Positions 17,558 to 27,481 of a DNA stretch of 46,569 nt are shown here, piece after piece. Position numbers and translations under genes: made by a program. The first letter of the stretch is position 1. Every line of letters starts with the position of its first letter. The notes beneath the pieces are model-generated. The model worked only from the letters and a program-made list of their open reading frames with translations. It ran no database searches and had not been told where the DNA came from. Origin of the DNA: Candidatus Heimdallarchaeota archaeon. Lineage in GTDB: Archaea > Asgardarchaeota > Heimdallarchaeia > Hodarchaeales > Hodarchaeaceae. The DNA lies in NCBI GenBank assembly GCA_019057635.1, contig DXJL01000101.1:1-46569 (forward strand). Direction: 5' to 3'.

Positions 17558-18222
17558 ATTCCATATTGTCCTCTTAGAGGTACGAAGGCAACTGAAGATA
17601 ATACTTCTTGAGAAAAATCTGTTTCAGTAGTTTTTCGAAATTTGGTCATAACTTGCCACATTCTTGGTGTTCCGACTGGCATTACTAACAGCCCTCCTAT
17701 TTCAAGCTGTTCGAATAACGGGGGTGGTAATTCTGGTCCGGCCGCGGTGAGAATGATTCGATCATAAGGGGAAGCATCTTCATAGCCTAGCGTACCATCT
17801 CCTGAGATTACCGTTACACGGTCATCATATCCTGTTTCTTCTATATTCTTTCGAGCATAGTTAACAAGTTCAGGTACAATTTCTAGAGAATAAACATGTC
17901 CGACTTCATCAGATGATGTAATTGCTGCTGCAATCAATACAGCTTGATACCCTGAACCAGCACCAACTTCTAGCACTTTTAAACCTGGAGTGAGTTCTAA
18001 ATATTCCAAAATCATAATAGTCATATGCGGGGCTGAGATCGTCTGTCCGGTATTCATTAATGGTAATGGATGATCCGAATATGCTGAAGATCGAGAATTT
18101 TCTGGAAGAAACATCTCTCTTGGTACTTCTTTAAAAGCTCTGAACGCTAACTCGTCTTTTACAAGTCCTCTTGCTTTATAGTTTTGAATCAAACGATCTT
18201 TAGCTTGGTGAAGAGTCGACAC
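17554..18222 (-). CDS. pcm: Protein-L-isoaspartate O-methyltransferase
   Basis: VPREMF, GQTISAPHM, VLEVGAGSGYQA, PYDRIILTAA, AFVPLRG. Confidence 0.95.
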   Translation of the reverse strand: MSTLHQAKDRLIQNYKARGLVKDELAFRAFKEVPREMFLPENSRSSAYSDHPLPLMNTGQTISAPHMTIMILEYLELTPGLKVLEVGAGSGYQAVLIAAAITSSDEVGHVYSLEIVPELVNYARKNIEETGYDDRVTVISGDGTLGYEDASPYDRIILTAAGPELPPPLFEQLEIGGLLVMPVGTPRMWQVMTKFRKTTETDFSQEVLSSVAFVPLRGQYGI

Positions 18223-18254
18223 TCGATTTAATACTCCTGCTTTTCTAATATTGT

Positions 18255-19328
18255 TTATTTTTCGTTATAGATACGAAGGTCAACATTTACTTGAATTCGA
18301 GACGGTGAGACTTCTCGTCCAACACGATTTGTAAGAATGTCATACGTGCAGACATTCTTAAGCTTTTCAGCTATTATGGAGACGAGAGATTGTGGGGGTT
18401 GAATACTTTTTTCAACAAACTGGTAAAATGTAATGATTCCACCATTTTTCACAAGTTTTGATGCATATACAAGATAATTGATTGAGTGATTAGGTAAATT
18501 GATTATTATTCTATCAAAATATTTGTTACTACGAAAAACTTTTCCAGCATCTCCAATAATCGGAATAATAGAACCTTTGAGTTTATTCCGTTTAATACTA
18601 GCATTCAGGTTTTTTATTGCATAGGGGTTAATATCAACTGCTATTACTTCGCAATGTTGTTCTTTAGCACAATGGAGGGAGAAGGGGCCTACTCCAGTAA
18701 ATAAATCCAAAATTCGTTCGCCATTAGTAACTTCTAAAGAAAGTCGCCTATGTTCCTCTGCAAGCCGTGGGTTAAAATATGCATTCTTTAAATCAACTTT
18801 TATAAGAACGCCATACTCTTTATGCCAGCTCTCGTATTTTTCTTCCCCAGCGAGAAATTCTACAGGAAAAATTCGCTTTATTCCTTCCGTAATATCCAAT
18901 TTGTTCAATACAGAGTTAATTTTGGGGTAAGCGTTCAATATTTTTGCTCCTGCTTTCAATCGAAAAGCCTTCGAGGTCAGCTCACTGTCTAATCGTAATA
19001 GCCCAATCTCACCAATTTGATCGAATTTAATTGAAATCTCCTCCCATGGTTCATCAGGAAATTCTAGCTTTAATGAATCAATAATTGAAGGTTTTAACAG
19101 TTCATCAGGAAAGACCTGATATTCAAGTTGATATTCAAGATCTTCTAGAATATCAATAATGCTAGCTGAATCAGAAATTGGTAAATAAACGAAATCTCGA
19201 TTTTTGATTATCTTTTTAGTTTTTAACAAAATCCCTGCCTTTATTAATCGGAGACGAGCCTCTTCTGCTTGAATACGGGGAAGTTTAACTCCAATAGAAG
19301 AGTTTATATCTCGTATGATCTTCAACAC
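18255..19328 (-). CDS. trm5: Trm5 family tRNA (guanine37-N1)-methyltransferase
   Basis: FDQIGEI, HKEYG, YFNPRLAEEHRR, LDLFTGVGPF, DINPYA, DRIIINLP. Confidence 0.88.
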   Translation of the reverse strand: MLKIIRDINSSIGVKLPRIQAEEARLRLIKAGILLKTKKIIKNRDFVYLPISDSASIIDILEDLEYQLEYQVFPDELLKPSIIDSLKLEFPDEPWEEISIKFDQIGEIGLLRLDSELTSKAFRLKAGAKILNAYPKINSVLNKLDITEGIKRIFPVEFLAGEEKYESWHKEYGVLIKVDLKNAYFNPRLAEEHRRLSLEVTNGERILDLFTGVGPFSLHCAKEQHCEVIAVDINPYAIKNLNASIKRNKLKGSIIPIIGDAGKVFRSNKYFDRIIINLPNHSINYLVYASKLVKNGGIITFYQFVEKSIQPPQSLVSIIAEKLKNVCTYDILTNRVGREVSPSRIQVNVDLRIYNEK

Positions 19329-19437
19329 CTGTATTTAATGAGCTTCGCCCCAAATGAAAATTGTCTATCTACATCGAGAAAAATTAATCAAGTATAATTG
19401 AAATTATAGTTGATTTCAGTAAATAAATTAATTTTAA

Positions 19438-19571
19438 CGGGCGCAGAGGGACTTGAACCCCCGACCAACTGGTTTCTCTAATAGGATTCGTGAATACTTA
19501 TGCTACAAATAGTATATTTACTGAATCCTTTTTTAAGAGCCAGCCGCTCTACCTTGCTGAGCTATGCGCCC
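19438..19571 (-). tRNA. tRNA-Lys(CUU) with a 60-nt intron at canonical 37/38 (intron 19474-19533)
   Basis: Spliced: GGGCGCATAGCTCAGCAAGGTAGAGCGGCTGGCTCTTA|ACCAGTTGGTCGGGGGTTCAAGTCCCTCTGCGCCCG. BHB with CTCT/AGAG helix and TAA/AAA bulges. Confidence 0.95.
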
Positions 19572-19739
19572 TTTTAATACAGTATAATTCATTTTAACAG
19601 TAATTATAAAAATTCTAGGTATATTCCTATACAATATCTAAACTGAAGATATTTTTGGCCTCTAATATCCGCGTTCGGAAAATCTCTAGATAATTACACT
19701 ATCTACCCAAAATCAAGTAGTAATTTAAATATATTGTAA

Positions 19740-20486
19740 ATGGCTATAATTATCCATAGGAGCTTATTGACTATGAAAACTACTCCAAAAAAACCTAAAA
19801 ATTCCCTGTTTAATTACTTAGATATACTTATTACATTAGGAAAGATGGGTGGAGGTAGACGACTTGTTACATGCACTACTTCTGAATTGGGTAATTCTAT
19901 CGGAATATCTCAACAATCAACCTCGCGAAAACTTGTGGAAATGGAAAATATGGATTTAATTGTGAGGAACTACTCACAAAGGGGAAATTCCATAAAGATT
20001 ACACCTGAAGGTATTGCCAATTTGGAACAGATATTTACAGATTTATGGATGATTCTTACAACCAGTGGAAGAGTGATTTCAGAAAAAATAGTTCTTCGAG
20101 GAAAAGTCATTACGGGAATGGCTGAAGGAGCATATTACATGGGGCAAAAAGCCTATCAGGACCAATTTTCAATGGTTCTAGACTTTACTCCATTCCCAGG
20201 AACTTTGAATTTGCAGATACTAGATGAAGTTACGATACGTAATTTTGAACGTGTATTAAGATTACCTGCCAAATTCATTTCAGGTTTTAAGGATGGAGAT
20301 CGTGTTTTTGGTAAAGTTTTCATATGGCCAACATTTATCTTGCTGAATGATGAAAAAATCCCTGCCGCAATAGTTCGTCCAGAACGTACACATCATTCAA
20401 ACCAAATTGAATTAATTTCACCCGTGTCAATAAAGAAGAAATATGGAGTTAAAGATGGTGACGAACTCGAGGTAATTCTCGAGTAA
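19740..20486 (+). CDS. ribK: CTP-dependent riboflavin kinase with N-terminal winged HTH (RbkR)
   Basis: TTSELGNSIGISQQSTSRKL wHTH; GKVITGMAEGAYYM, PFPGTLNL, PERTHH, IELISP. Confidence 0.93.
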   Translation: MAIIIHRSLLTMKTTPKKPKNSLFNYLDILITLGKMGGGRRLVTCTTSELGNSIGISQQSTSRKLVEMENMDLIVRNYSQRGNSIKITPEGIANLEQIFTDLWMILTTSGRVISEKIVLRGKVITGMAEGAYYMGQKAYQDQFSMVLDFTPFPGTLNLQILDEVTIRNFERVLRLPAKFISGFKDGDRVFGKVFIWPTFILLNDEKIPAAIVRPERTHHSNQIELISPVSIKKKYGVKDGDELEVILE

Positions 20487-20514
20487 GGACAATTCACGAA
20501 ATGATCCTCACTCG

Positions 20515-21186
20515 TTATTCGAACGAGTACTGATCTAAATTCTTAATTTTTAAAGAAGATTTTTCATTCGGAACCTGTGCATTCAATTTTTTAATTTCAA
20601 TGTTGTTAAGATCAACCTTCTCTAATTGGTCTATTAGCATTTTTTCGGTTGAAGATTGATCATAACCTAGAACAATCACATTGGGTTCATATTCAACAAC
20701 AGTTTCCAAAAATTTTGATGGATCAGGGCTTCCTTCAGCTGTAACATCTACGATTGTTAATTCTTTCAAAATTTTCATTCTATTAGCTTGTGAATTCAAA
20801 GGTAGTCTTCCTTTCGTCGATTCAACCATTTTATCAGAAGCAACAACTACTATAAGAATATTTCCTCCCTCTTTGGCCGCTTTTAAGGTTTTTATATGCC
20901 CCATATGTATTATATCAAACACACCTCCAGTTAAAACAATTTTCAAGTTATTTTTCCCCCCTTGAGTAATCTTAAAATGGTCTGGAGGATTTACTAATCT
21001 TTTAATTAGATTCATGCTAGTTAAAACTGAAATTAATGCTTTTCCCTCCTCTATAGTGCGATCAAGTTTAGATGAGAAGTCTTCAACAGTAAATGAATCA
21101 TTATTAATAGTTAACAAGTAAGCTACTCTTAAAAACTCTTTTAATAAGGATTGAAACAAGGTTCCTTCTTCTGTTCCGTTATTCAA
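20515..21186 (-). CDS. ribL: Cytidylyltransferase-family nucleotidyltransferase, probable archaeal FAD synthetase, with N-terminal wHTH-like domain
   Basis: GGVFDIIHMGH, VVVASD, PNVIVLGYDQ, SSLKIK; convergent with ribK. Confidence 0.75.
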   Translation of the reverse strand: MNNGTEEGTLFQSLLKEFLRVAYLLTINNDSFTVEDFSSKLDRTIEEGKALISVLTSMNLIKRLVNPPDHFKITQGGKNNLKIVLTGGVFDIIHMGHIKTLKAAKEGGNILIVVVASDKMVESTKGRLPLNSQANRMKILKELTIVDVTAEGSPDPSKFLETVVEYEPNVIVLGYDQSSTEKMLIDQLEKVDLNNIEIKKLNAQVPNEKSSLKIKNLDQYSFE

Positions 21187-21265
21187 TATATTTTCACCTT
21201 CATACTGATTTATTCAATCAAAGAATGATACTGGTATTCGAATTTGATTACGTACCTCATTGAAG

Positions 21266-22066
21266 TTATTTTTGTGTATTTACTCCCCATAAAACTGAAA
21301 GCGCTTCTTTCTCAGCAAAATGAAAAGCATCTGCACAGACGATTAATGCTTGAGGAGGGCCAATTTTTCTCCAGTTAAACGAATTAGCAACTTTGTCCAT
21401 TGAACCAGCATTGATGAATTCATCATTATACCCAATTTTAGCTAAGCCAATTACTATACTAGATTTTTTAAATACATTTTCGTGAATTTCCGTCTCAAGA
21501 TCTGATAAAATTGAAATAGCTTCATCTACTGATAAAAATTCATCATCTACTAAATTTATATCAAGAAGAACTAATGTGTGAGCATTAATAGATTTATTCT
21601 GTTGTATTATCCTGTAAGGGAACTCACTTTTATTATTTCGAAAGGGACAGGTTACAGTTCGACCAAAACTGTATGAGGATAGTCCAGAAATAGACGAAGC
21701 AGCTGAAATTATTGAGGAATTATGAATTAACTTGCATTTGTACCCTTTTTTTGTGGCAGCCACCCGTATAGAATTGTGAGTTGTTGCGATGAACGGATCT
21801 CCAGGTATGAGAAGGGCAATTATTTTTCCCTCAATTTTTTCTAAGAATAGATGGTCATTTTCCTCTAAGTCCTTTCTTGATAGAGGTTCTAATTTTTGTT
21901 TTATTTCGTTCCAAAACTCAGGTTTATCTTCAGATATGAAATTTGTGTATGTTTCCACAAAAATAATATCCGCTATTTTGAGGATTTCAAGAACTTGCAA
22001 TGAGCAGCTCTTTAGTCCACTAAGTCCCATTCCAATGAAATAAATATTTGTTCTGGGGATAACCAA
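21266..22066 (-). CDS. dph5: Diphthine synthase
   Basis: FIGMGL, ETYTN, PGDPFIATTH, SGLSSYSFGRTVT, HTLVLLDI, GPPQALIV. Confidence 0.95.
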   Translation of the reverse strand: MVIPRTNIYFIGMGLSGLKSCSLQVLEILKIADIIFVETYTNFISEDKPEFWNEIKQKLEPLSRKDLEENDHLFLEKIEGKIIALLIPGDPFIATTHNSIRVAATKKGYKCKLIHNSSIISAASSISGLSSYSFGRTVTCPFRNNKSEFPYRIIQQNKSINAHTLVLLDINLVDDEFLSVDEAISILSDLETEIHENVFKKSSIVIGLAKIGYNDEFINAGSMDKVANSFNWRKIGPPQALIVCADAFHFAEKEALSVLWGVNTQK

Positions 22067-22108
22067 GAGAATTCATCTAATAATACAGAATGTAGAGGGA
22101 TTGTTCAT

Positions 22109-22498
22109 TTAATCTTCAGAAATTTGGATGGTATATTCTTCGGGGGTCATCAATTTACTCCAATCAGTTTCCAGATCCGATGGTTTTATTTTTACAAGCC
22201 ATGCTGAATATGGATCTTGATTAACCTTTTCGGGAGCATCTACCACTGCTTCATTAATCTCAATTATTTCACCACTTATTGGACAGAGTAAATCAGAGAC
22301 AGCTTTTACACTTTCAATCGACCCTATTACATCTTTGAAATTAAATGTCTCTCCTATTTCAGGTAGTTCAATATAGACTACATCTTTAAGTGTTTTTTGA
22401 GCAAAATCTGTTACTCCTACTAACACGTATTCTCCGTCACGCTTTGCCCAATCATGTTCTGGTAAATATTTAAACTCTGGTAAAACCTTGTAAGACAT
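22109..22498 (-). CDS. gcvH: Glycine cleavage system H protein
   Basis: EHDW, VGVTDFAQ, IESVKAVSD lipoyl motif, VNQDPYSAWLVKI. Confidence 0.96.
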   Translation of the reverse strand: MSYKVLPEFKYLPEHDWAKRDGEYVLVGVTDFAQKTLKDVVYIELPEIGETFNFKDVIGSIESVKAVSDLLCPISGEIIEINEAVVDAPEKVNQDPYSAWLVKIKPSDLETDWSKLMTPEEYTIQISED

Positions 22499-22616
22499 GT
22501 AAATGCGACCTTTCCGTTAAATCATTGAGAAAGTAATCCGCGTCAAGAGAAATATTGAGAATATTTATCTGTTATTAGAAAATGTCAGCCATTTTTTCGT
22601 TAATTAACGAACATTC

Positions 22617-23105
22617 TCATACGTCTTCTTCCCAAATTTTATCTCCTAGATAATGGAGATTGATAATGCTTTTTCCTTTCGCGGTTAAAAGGTCTCTAGA
22701 AGAAAACAGGCATTTTCCTATACTTAATACAGAATCCTGTGGATTGGTGATTGTAACAATGGTATTTTCAGAAAAATCTTTGTTAAATTTCACTATTCCT
22801 TGTGAAAATATATCCGCACCATTAATCACAAATTTCACAGCCCCTTCATCGACCTGTACAGAAGGGAAGTCAAGTTCTGCATGCTTACGAATAAATTTCA
22901 AGGTAGGCAGATACATATTTTCAAAAGAAAAAAAAGAAATTTGCTGTTCTTTGTCGAATAAATAGTTCATTAATTTATTCTCATCGTGCAAAACAAACTG
23001 AACATTATTCTTCAACACGTTTGGTGAAATTCCAGGTGCTATGATCGCAGAAATAATGTTTTTTCTTTGTTTCGACCCCAATTCTTTTCTAAATGACATT
23101 TTCAC
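22617..23105 (-). CDS. PUA-domain RNA-binding protein (MCT-1/Tma20-like)
   Basis: YLPTLK, VQVDEGAVKFVINGADIFSQGI, KGKSIINLHYLGDKIW. Confidence 0.9.
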   Translation of the reverse strand: MKMSFRKELGSKQRKNIISAIIAPGISPNVLKNNVQFVLHDENKLMNYLFDKEQQISFFSFENMYLPTLKFIRKHAELDFPSVQVDEGAVKFVINGADIFSQGIVKFNKDFSENTIVTITNPQDSVLSIGKCLFSSRDLLTAKGKSIINLHYLGDKIWEEDV

Positions 23106-23121
23106 TCTCTAATGTTTCAAA

Positions 23122-25050
23122 CTATTTGAATCGTAAAGTTTCAAGATTATAAGGTACCTTTACCTTGACATGATATCTTTTAGAAAGAGATTGAGCCAAC
23201 GATTGGGATTTATTTCTAAGACCATGCATCAAGATTACTTGTTCTGGTTTAGGATTCAATTCACGGAAGAAATTCATAATTTCTCCTCTATCTGAATGAC
23301 CACTAAAACCATCAATTTGGTGGATATCCATATTAACTCTCATCATCTTCATCCTTCCATCTTCAATGCTACGAATTTCTTTCACTCCAGAGGCAATACG
23401 TCGACCCAATGTTCCTTCAGCTTGATAACTGACAAACACTATGGAGTTTCGTGCATCTTCAGCCATTCTTTTGAAATAATCTACTGAATTCCCTCCTGTT
23501 AACATCCCAGAAGTGGCTAAAATTACGGCAGGTTCACCTCGTAGGAGTCCAGTTCTTTCGTTTTGTTTTACAGGATGGAAGATTTCTGCTAGGAAGGGAT
23601 TTTGACCCTCATTGAATATCTGGTCTTGTAAATATGAAGATAAATATTCAGGATGACATGAATGGATAGCTACTGCTTCTGCAATAAGTCCATCCAAATA
23701 AATAGGAACCTTTACTAGCTGTCTACGTTTATAATAATGAGCTAATACAATCATGAGTTCTTGTGCTCTCCCTACAGCTAAGGTTGGAATAAGAACCTTT
23801 CCACCACGTCTTATTGTTTGATTTATTATTTTTACGAGCTGTATTTCCGCATCTTCTCTTCGAGGCATAACATCACGAGGCCCTCCATAAGTTGATTCCA
23901 TAATTATTGTCTCTAATCGTGGAAATCGAGTATTTGCACGGTCTAGTAATCGTGACCGTTTTCCTTTGAAGTCATTCGCAACTGCAAGATTATACTTCCC
24001 ATCCCCGATATGAAGATGTAAGATGGACGATCCCAAAATATGTCCTGCAGGTGTCATTGTTAATCTAACATCATCACTGAGATCCGTTACTTCTCCATAT
24101 CTTCTTGTTATTGTGTGTAGAATCATGTCCCTTATGTTTTTCTGACTATATGGAACAAGTTTATTTTCTCTTTCAGCCACTTCAATGTAATCCTTTTGTA
24201 ATAGAGTCATTAAGGAGAGTGTTGCATCATTCACATAAACAGGCCCACGATATCCCCATTTATACAGGTACGGAACCAATCCACTGTGATCTAGATGTGC
24301 ATGTGTTATAACAACAGCATCCAATTGAGCTATGTCGAATTCAGGTGCACTGAAATAAGGAAACATTTCTCCGGGATCCCGGGCACCCACATTTAAACCA
24401 GTATCAATTAAAATTTTTGTTTCTGCGGTTTCCAAGAGCATACACGATCGTCCTACCTCTGAGAAACCTCCTAAACCTGTCAAACGGATAAAATTATCTC
24501 TAATTACGCGTGGACGGTGTATACGTTTACCAATATTAAGTAAAGCATTTTTACGTTTATCTGAATCCTTAGTAAGAGTGTAGCGAATAGTGTTAATAAG
24601 TTGTGATTGAATAGGAGGAGATCTAACTACTTTAGGTCTCCAAGATATCTCTCTGGCAATTTCACGAAGAGTTGTTCCACTTCTCCCTATTACAGCGCCT
24701 GGTTTCTTTGCCTCAATTACAACTTCTCCCAATTCATCATCGAAGATGATGTTTGTTATTTCAGCATTTTCTGGTACGATTTCACGGATTCTGGCCTTAG
24801 CTTCTTCTTTTTCTCTTCTCACAGACACATCAGAACGTATAACTATACGTTTACGAAGAGTCTTAGCTAAGCTTTTGACGACATCCCCATTTTCCATAAG
24901 TACTGTCGGATTCAAAGAATAGAGTACAACAAATGGTCCTTCGAATTCAACATTAGATATTTGTGCATTTGGGGGAAGAGCATTAATCAAATCAGCTTTT
25001 AAATGATCAATGGCTGATTCACGACTGTACATGGGATGTTTATTGTCCAT
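23122..25050 (-). CDS. fttA: KH-domain beta-CASP ribonuclease aCPSF1 / termination factor FttA
   Basis: EFEGP and KPGAVIGR KH domains; LGGFSEVGRS, HAHLDHSG, AGHILGS, MESTYG, GFSGHSD. Confidence 0.96.
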   Translation of the reverse strand: MDNKHPMYSRESAIDHLKADLINALPPNAQISNVEFEGPFVVLYSLNPTVLMENGDVVKSLAKTLRKRIVIRSDVSVRREKEEAKARIREIVPENAEITNIIFDDELGEVVIEAKKPGAVIGRSGTTLREIAREISWRPKVVRSPPIQSQLINTIRYTLTKDSDKRKNALLNIGKRIHRPRVIRDNFIRLTGLGGFSEVGRSCMLLETAETKILIDTGLNVGARDPGEMFPYFSAPEFDIAQLDAVVITHAHLDHSGLVPYLYKWGYRGPVYVNDATLSLMTLLQKDYIEVAERENKLVPYSQKNIRDMILHTITRRYGEVTDLSDDVRLTMTPAGHILGSSILHLHIGDGKYNLAVANDFKGKRSRLLDRANTRFPRLETIIMESTYGGPRDVMPRREDAEIQLVKIINQTIRRGGKVLIPTLAVGRAQELMIVLAHYYKRRQLVKVPIYLDGLIAEAVAIHSCHPEYLSSYLQDQIFNEGQNPFLAEIFHPVKQNERTGLLRGEPAVILATSGMLTGGNSVDYFKRMAEDARNSIVFVSYQAEGTLGRRIASGVKEIRSIEDGRMKMMRVNMDIHQIDGFSGHSDRGEIMNFFRELNPKPEQVILMHGLRNKSQSLAQSLSKRYHVKVKVPYNLETLRFK

Positions 25051-25568
25051 TCATGTTTCTATCCTTTAAATTGTTTCTTTGCGGTTTTTATCCGTAGTTT
25101 TGCCCAATACTGTAAAGATTAATTTAATTATCCTCTCTTGAATAAAGATTCAGCCTGTTACAAGTAAAATATCTAAATTTCTAAGTTTGGTTGATAATTT
25201 AGAAATTAAATTTCTTAGCATAAGAGGGTTAAATTATACCTGTCCTCATATTTTTCGGTAATATTCTGAATGATTGGGGGAGCCTTAATATAATAAGGGA
25301 AAAGGGAATTACATATTTTCTTTTTTTGCTCAATATTATAATTGAAGAGTATAATCCGATCCAGCATTAATTTAATACCTTATAAGTAAGATACAAATTT
25401 AGGAGATATTAGAATGGATACAAGAAACCATTACAAGATTTAGCATAATTCCCCGAAGAGAAATGTGATTCTTCGCTTTAAATTCCTCTGTTCTCTCCCC
25501 CGCACACAGGAGTTTTTAAGGATTGCGTCATTAATCTTATAAAGGTAAGATTAAGGGATAGATTCACA

Positions 25569-26648
25569 ATGTCGGGATCAGAGATTCTAGAATCGATCGT
25601 ACCAAGATCTATCATTATTGGAAATTCAATTCTTGATAAAATCCCGCAAATAATTGATTCTTTGAGATTCAAACCTAAAGTGATGGTTCTTTCAGGTACC
25701 AAAACACGTCAGATTGTAGGGGAGGAAGTCTATGCAATTTTAGACGATAAGGATATCCCCTTTGACACCTTGATTGTGGAAGAGGCTTCCCTTGAAGCAG
25801 CCATAACCTATCAAGATAGAGTGAAGGATACTGGATCTAATATCATGATTTGTGCGGGAGGAGGAAAAGTAATTGATGTTGGAAAATATTGTTCATTTAA
25901 GGCCAACCAAAAGACAGAATTGATCTCTGTACCGACCACAACCTCTCATGATGGAATAGCTTCTCCTTTTATCTTTTTAAATGATCCTACAGAGACATAT
26001 ATCGGAGAAAGTCGGCCTCCAGTTGCTATCGTTGCAGATATTGATAAAATTATCCAACATCCTGACTTACCTAGATATTTAGCGGCAGGGGTTGGTGACA
26101 CCGTTGGAAAAATGACTGCTATCTGGGATTGGAGGTATGCTCATAGGATAAAATCTGTTAAATTCTCAAGATTTGTTGGGGGAGTTTTACAAAGTGCAGA
26201 TTCCTTATTTCAACATCAAGTTTCAGAAGCATTATTAGATCAAGAACATGCAATAAAAGTGGTATTGAAAGCTTTGCTTATCGCAGGAGTCCTTATGGGA
26301 ACTTCTAATGATATAAGAGTAGGGTATGGTTCAGAACATTTATTTTCTCAAGCTTTACATTCAGAAACACCAGGAATTGACATTCTTCATGGAGAGCGAG
26401 TCGCCCTTGGAACTATTCTAATGGCAAAATTACAGGGTCAAGATTATGCACAAATTATAAAGATATTAGAATCAGCGGGTTGTCCTACAAACATAGAAGA
26501 TTTAGAAGAAGAAGTAGATTCACAATCAATCATAAGCGCATTGCGAAAGGCTCATAAGGTGGATTCAATTTATACGATTCTAGGCGAAACAGGATTATCA
26601 AAAAAAGCAGCAAAGACTCTGGCAACCCAAACGGGCGTAATTCCTTAG
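25569..26648 (+). CDS. egsA: sn-glycerol-1-phosphate dehydrogenase
   Basis: GGGKVIDVGK, PTTTSHDGIASP, AGVGD, GSEHLFS, LHGERV, YTILG. Confidence 0.85.
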   Translation: MSGSEILESIVPRSIIIGNSILDKIPQIIDSLRFKPKVMVLSGTKTRQIVGEEVYAILDDKDIPFDTLIVEEASLEAAITYQDRVKDTGSNIMICAGGGKVIDVGKYCSFKANQKTELISVPTTTSHDGIASPFIFLNDPTETYIGESRPPVAIVADIDKIIQHPDLPRYLAAGVGDTVGKMTAIWDWRYAHRIKSVKFSRFVGGVLQSADSLFQHQVSEALLDQEHAIKVVLKALLIAGVLMGTSNDIRVGYGSEHLFSQALHSETPGIDILHGERVALGTILMAKLQGQDYAQIIKILESAGCPTNIEDLEEEVDSQSIISALRKAHKVDSIYTILGETGLSKKAAKTLATQTGVIP

Positions 26649-26735
26649 TAAATATGAATTGGTCTGATGATTGAGGATATTGTCTAGCTGTATTTTTAAG
26701 TGAGAATCCTAATATTTAATCAACGGTGATTCAAG

Positions 26736-27467
26736 ATGACCGTAAAAACAGAGAGTCCAGTAGTCGGAATAATAATAAGCAATTTCACCGATTCAGGACC
26801 TCAAGTGATCTTCAACTCCGCCGAAAAACATGTATCAGAAGATCAAGCCTTCAATCTGTCAATCCGTATAATGACACTAATCGGGGAAGAAATTAGTGGA
26901 GAGATCTTTGGACCGTTACCTGTTCCTTCAAATGAAGAATTTCTTTGTTTAGCTTATGTATTCTTTGTTAATGCAACGTTTACAACAGATTCTCGTCTGA
27001 ATAAGAGGCCTTCAGTTATCTGTGTAATTTTCAAGAGACAACTTAAACGTATTATATCACATGCACATGGTCTTATTCTCTCATATCTATCGAATGTTAC
27101 TCCTGATATATTCAAGACAGAGGAGGACTTTGTTCAAGATAAAATGAAAGAAATAGATTCCCGCTTAACTTCTTTAATTAGCACAAATCCTATACGAATT
27201 TATCGTGTATCTAAAGACAAATTGATAGAACATATAGACCCAGTTATGATCCCATCGGATGCCTACGTCGTTGCTGATCTCGAGAAGAAAACTCTTTTCG
27301 TTTTATATGATCAGCATTTATCACCTGTTCGAAAAAGAAATGTAAGTATAATGATTGATACTTTAAATGAGAAAGAATATCGACGTGGATTCAACAAACG
27401 AATAATTGACTCAGAGGAAGAGATAGAGCAATTACTTAACTTCTTTGGGTTGAAGAAAACCACTTAG
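26736..27467 (+). CDS. Two-domain hypothetical protein: uDENN/longin-like N-terminus and gelsolin-like C-terminus
   Basis: IIISNFTDSGPQV...GPLPVP...LAYVF...DSRL pattern; C-terminal IRIYRV...SDAYVVAD...LFVLY...S..RK...EEE...FFG pattern. Confidence 0.55.
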   Translation: MTVKTESPVVGIIISNFTDSGPQVIFNSAEKHVSEDQAFNLSIRIMTLIGEEISGEIFGPLPVPSNEEFLCLAYVFFVNATFTTDSRLNKRPSVICVIFKRQLKRIISHAHGLILSYLSNVTPDIFKTEEDFVQDKMKEIDSRLTSLISTNPIRIYRVSKDKLIEHIDPVMIPSDAYVVADLEKKTLFVLYDQHLSPVRKRNVSIMIDTLNEKEYRRGFNKRIIDSEEEIEQLLNFFGLKKTT

Positions 27468-27481
27468 CGAGGGTTAGATTA

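Noticed and set aside
25051-25568. Possible ncRNA in the 518-bp fttA-egsA gap (loose stem near 25477-25520)
   Set aside because: Imperfect pairing, no GC enrichment and no convincing C/D, H/ACA, SRP or RNase P features.
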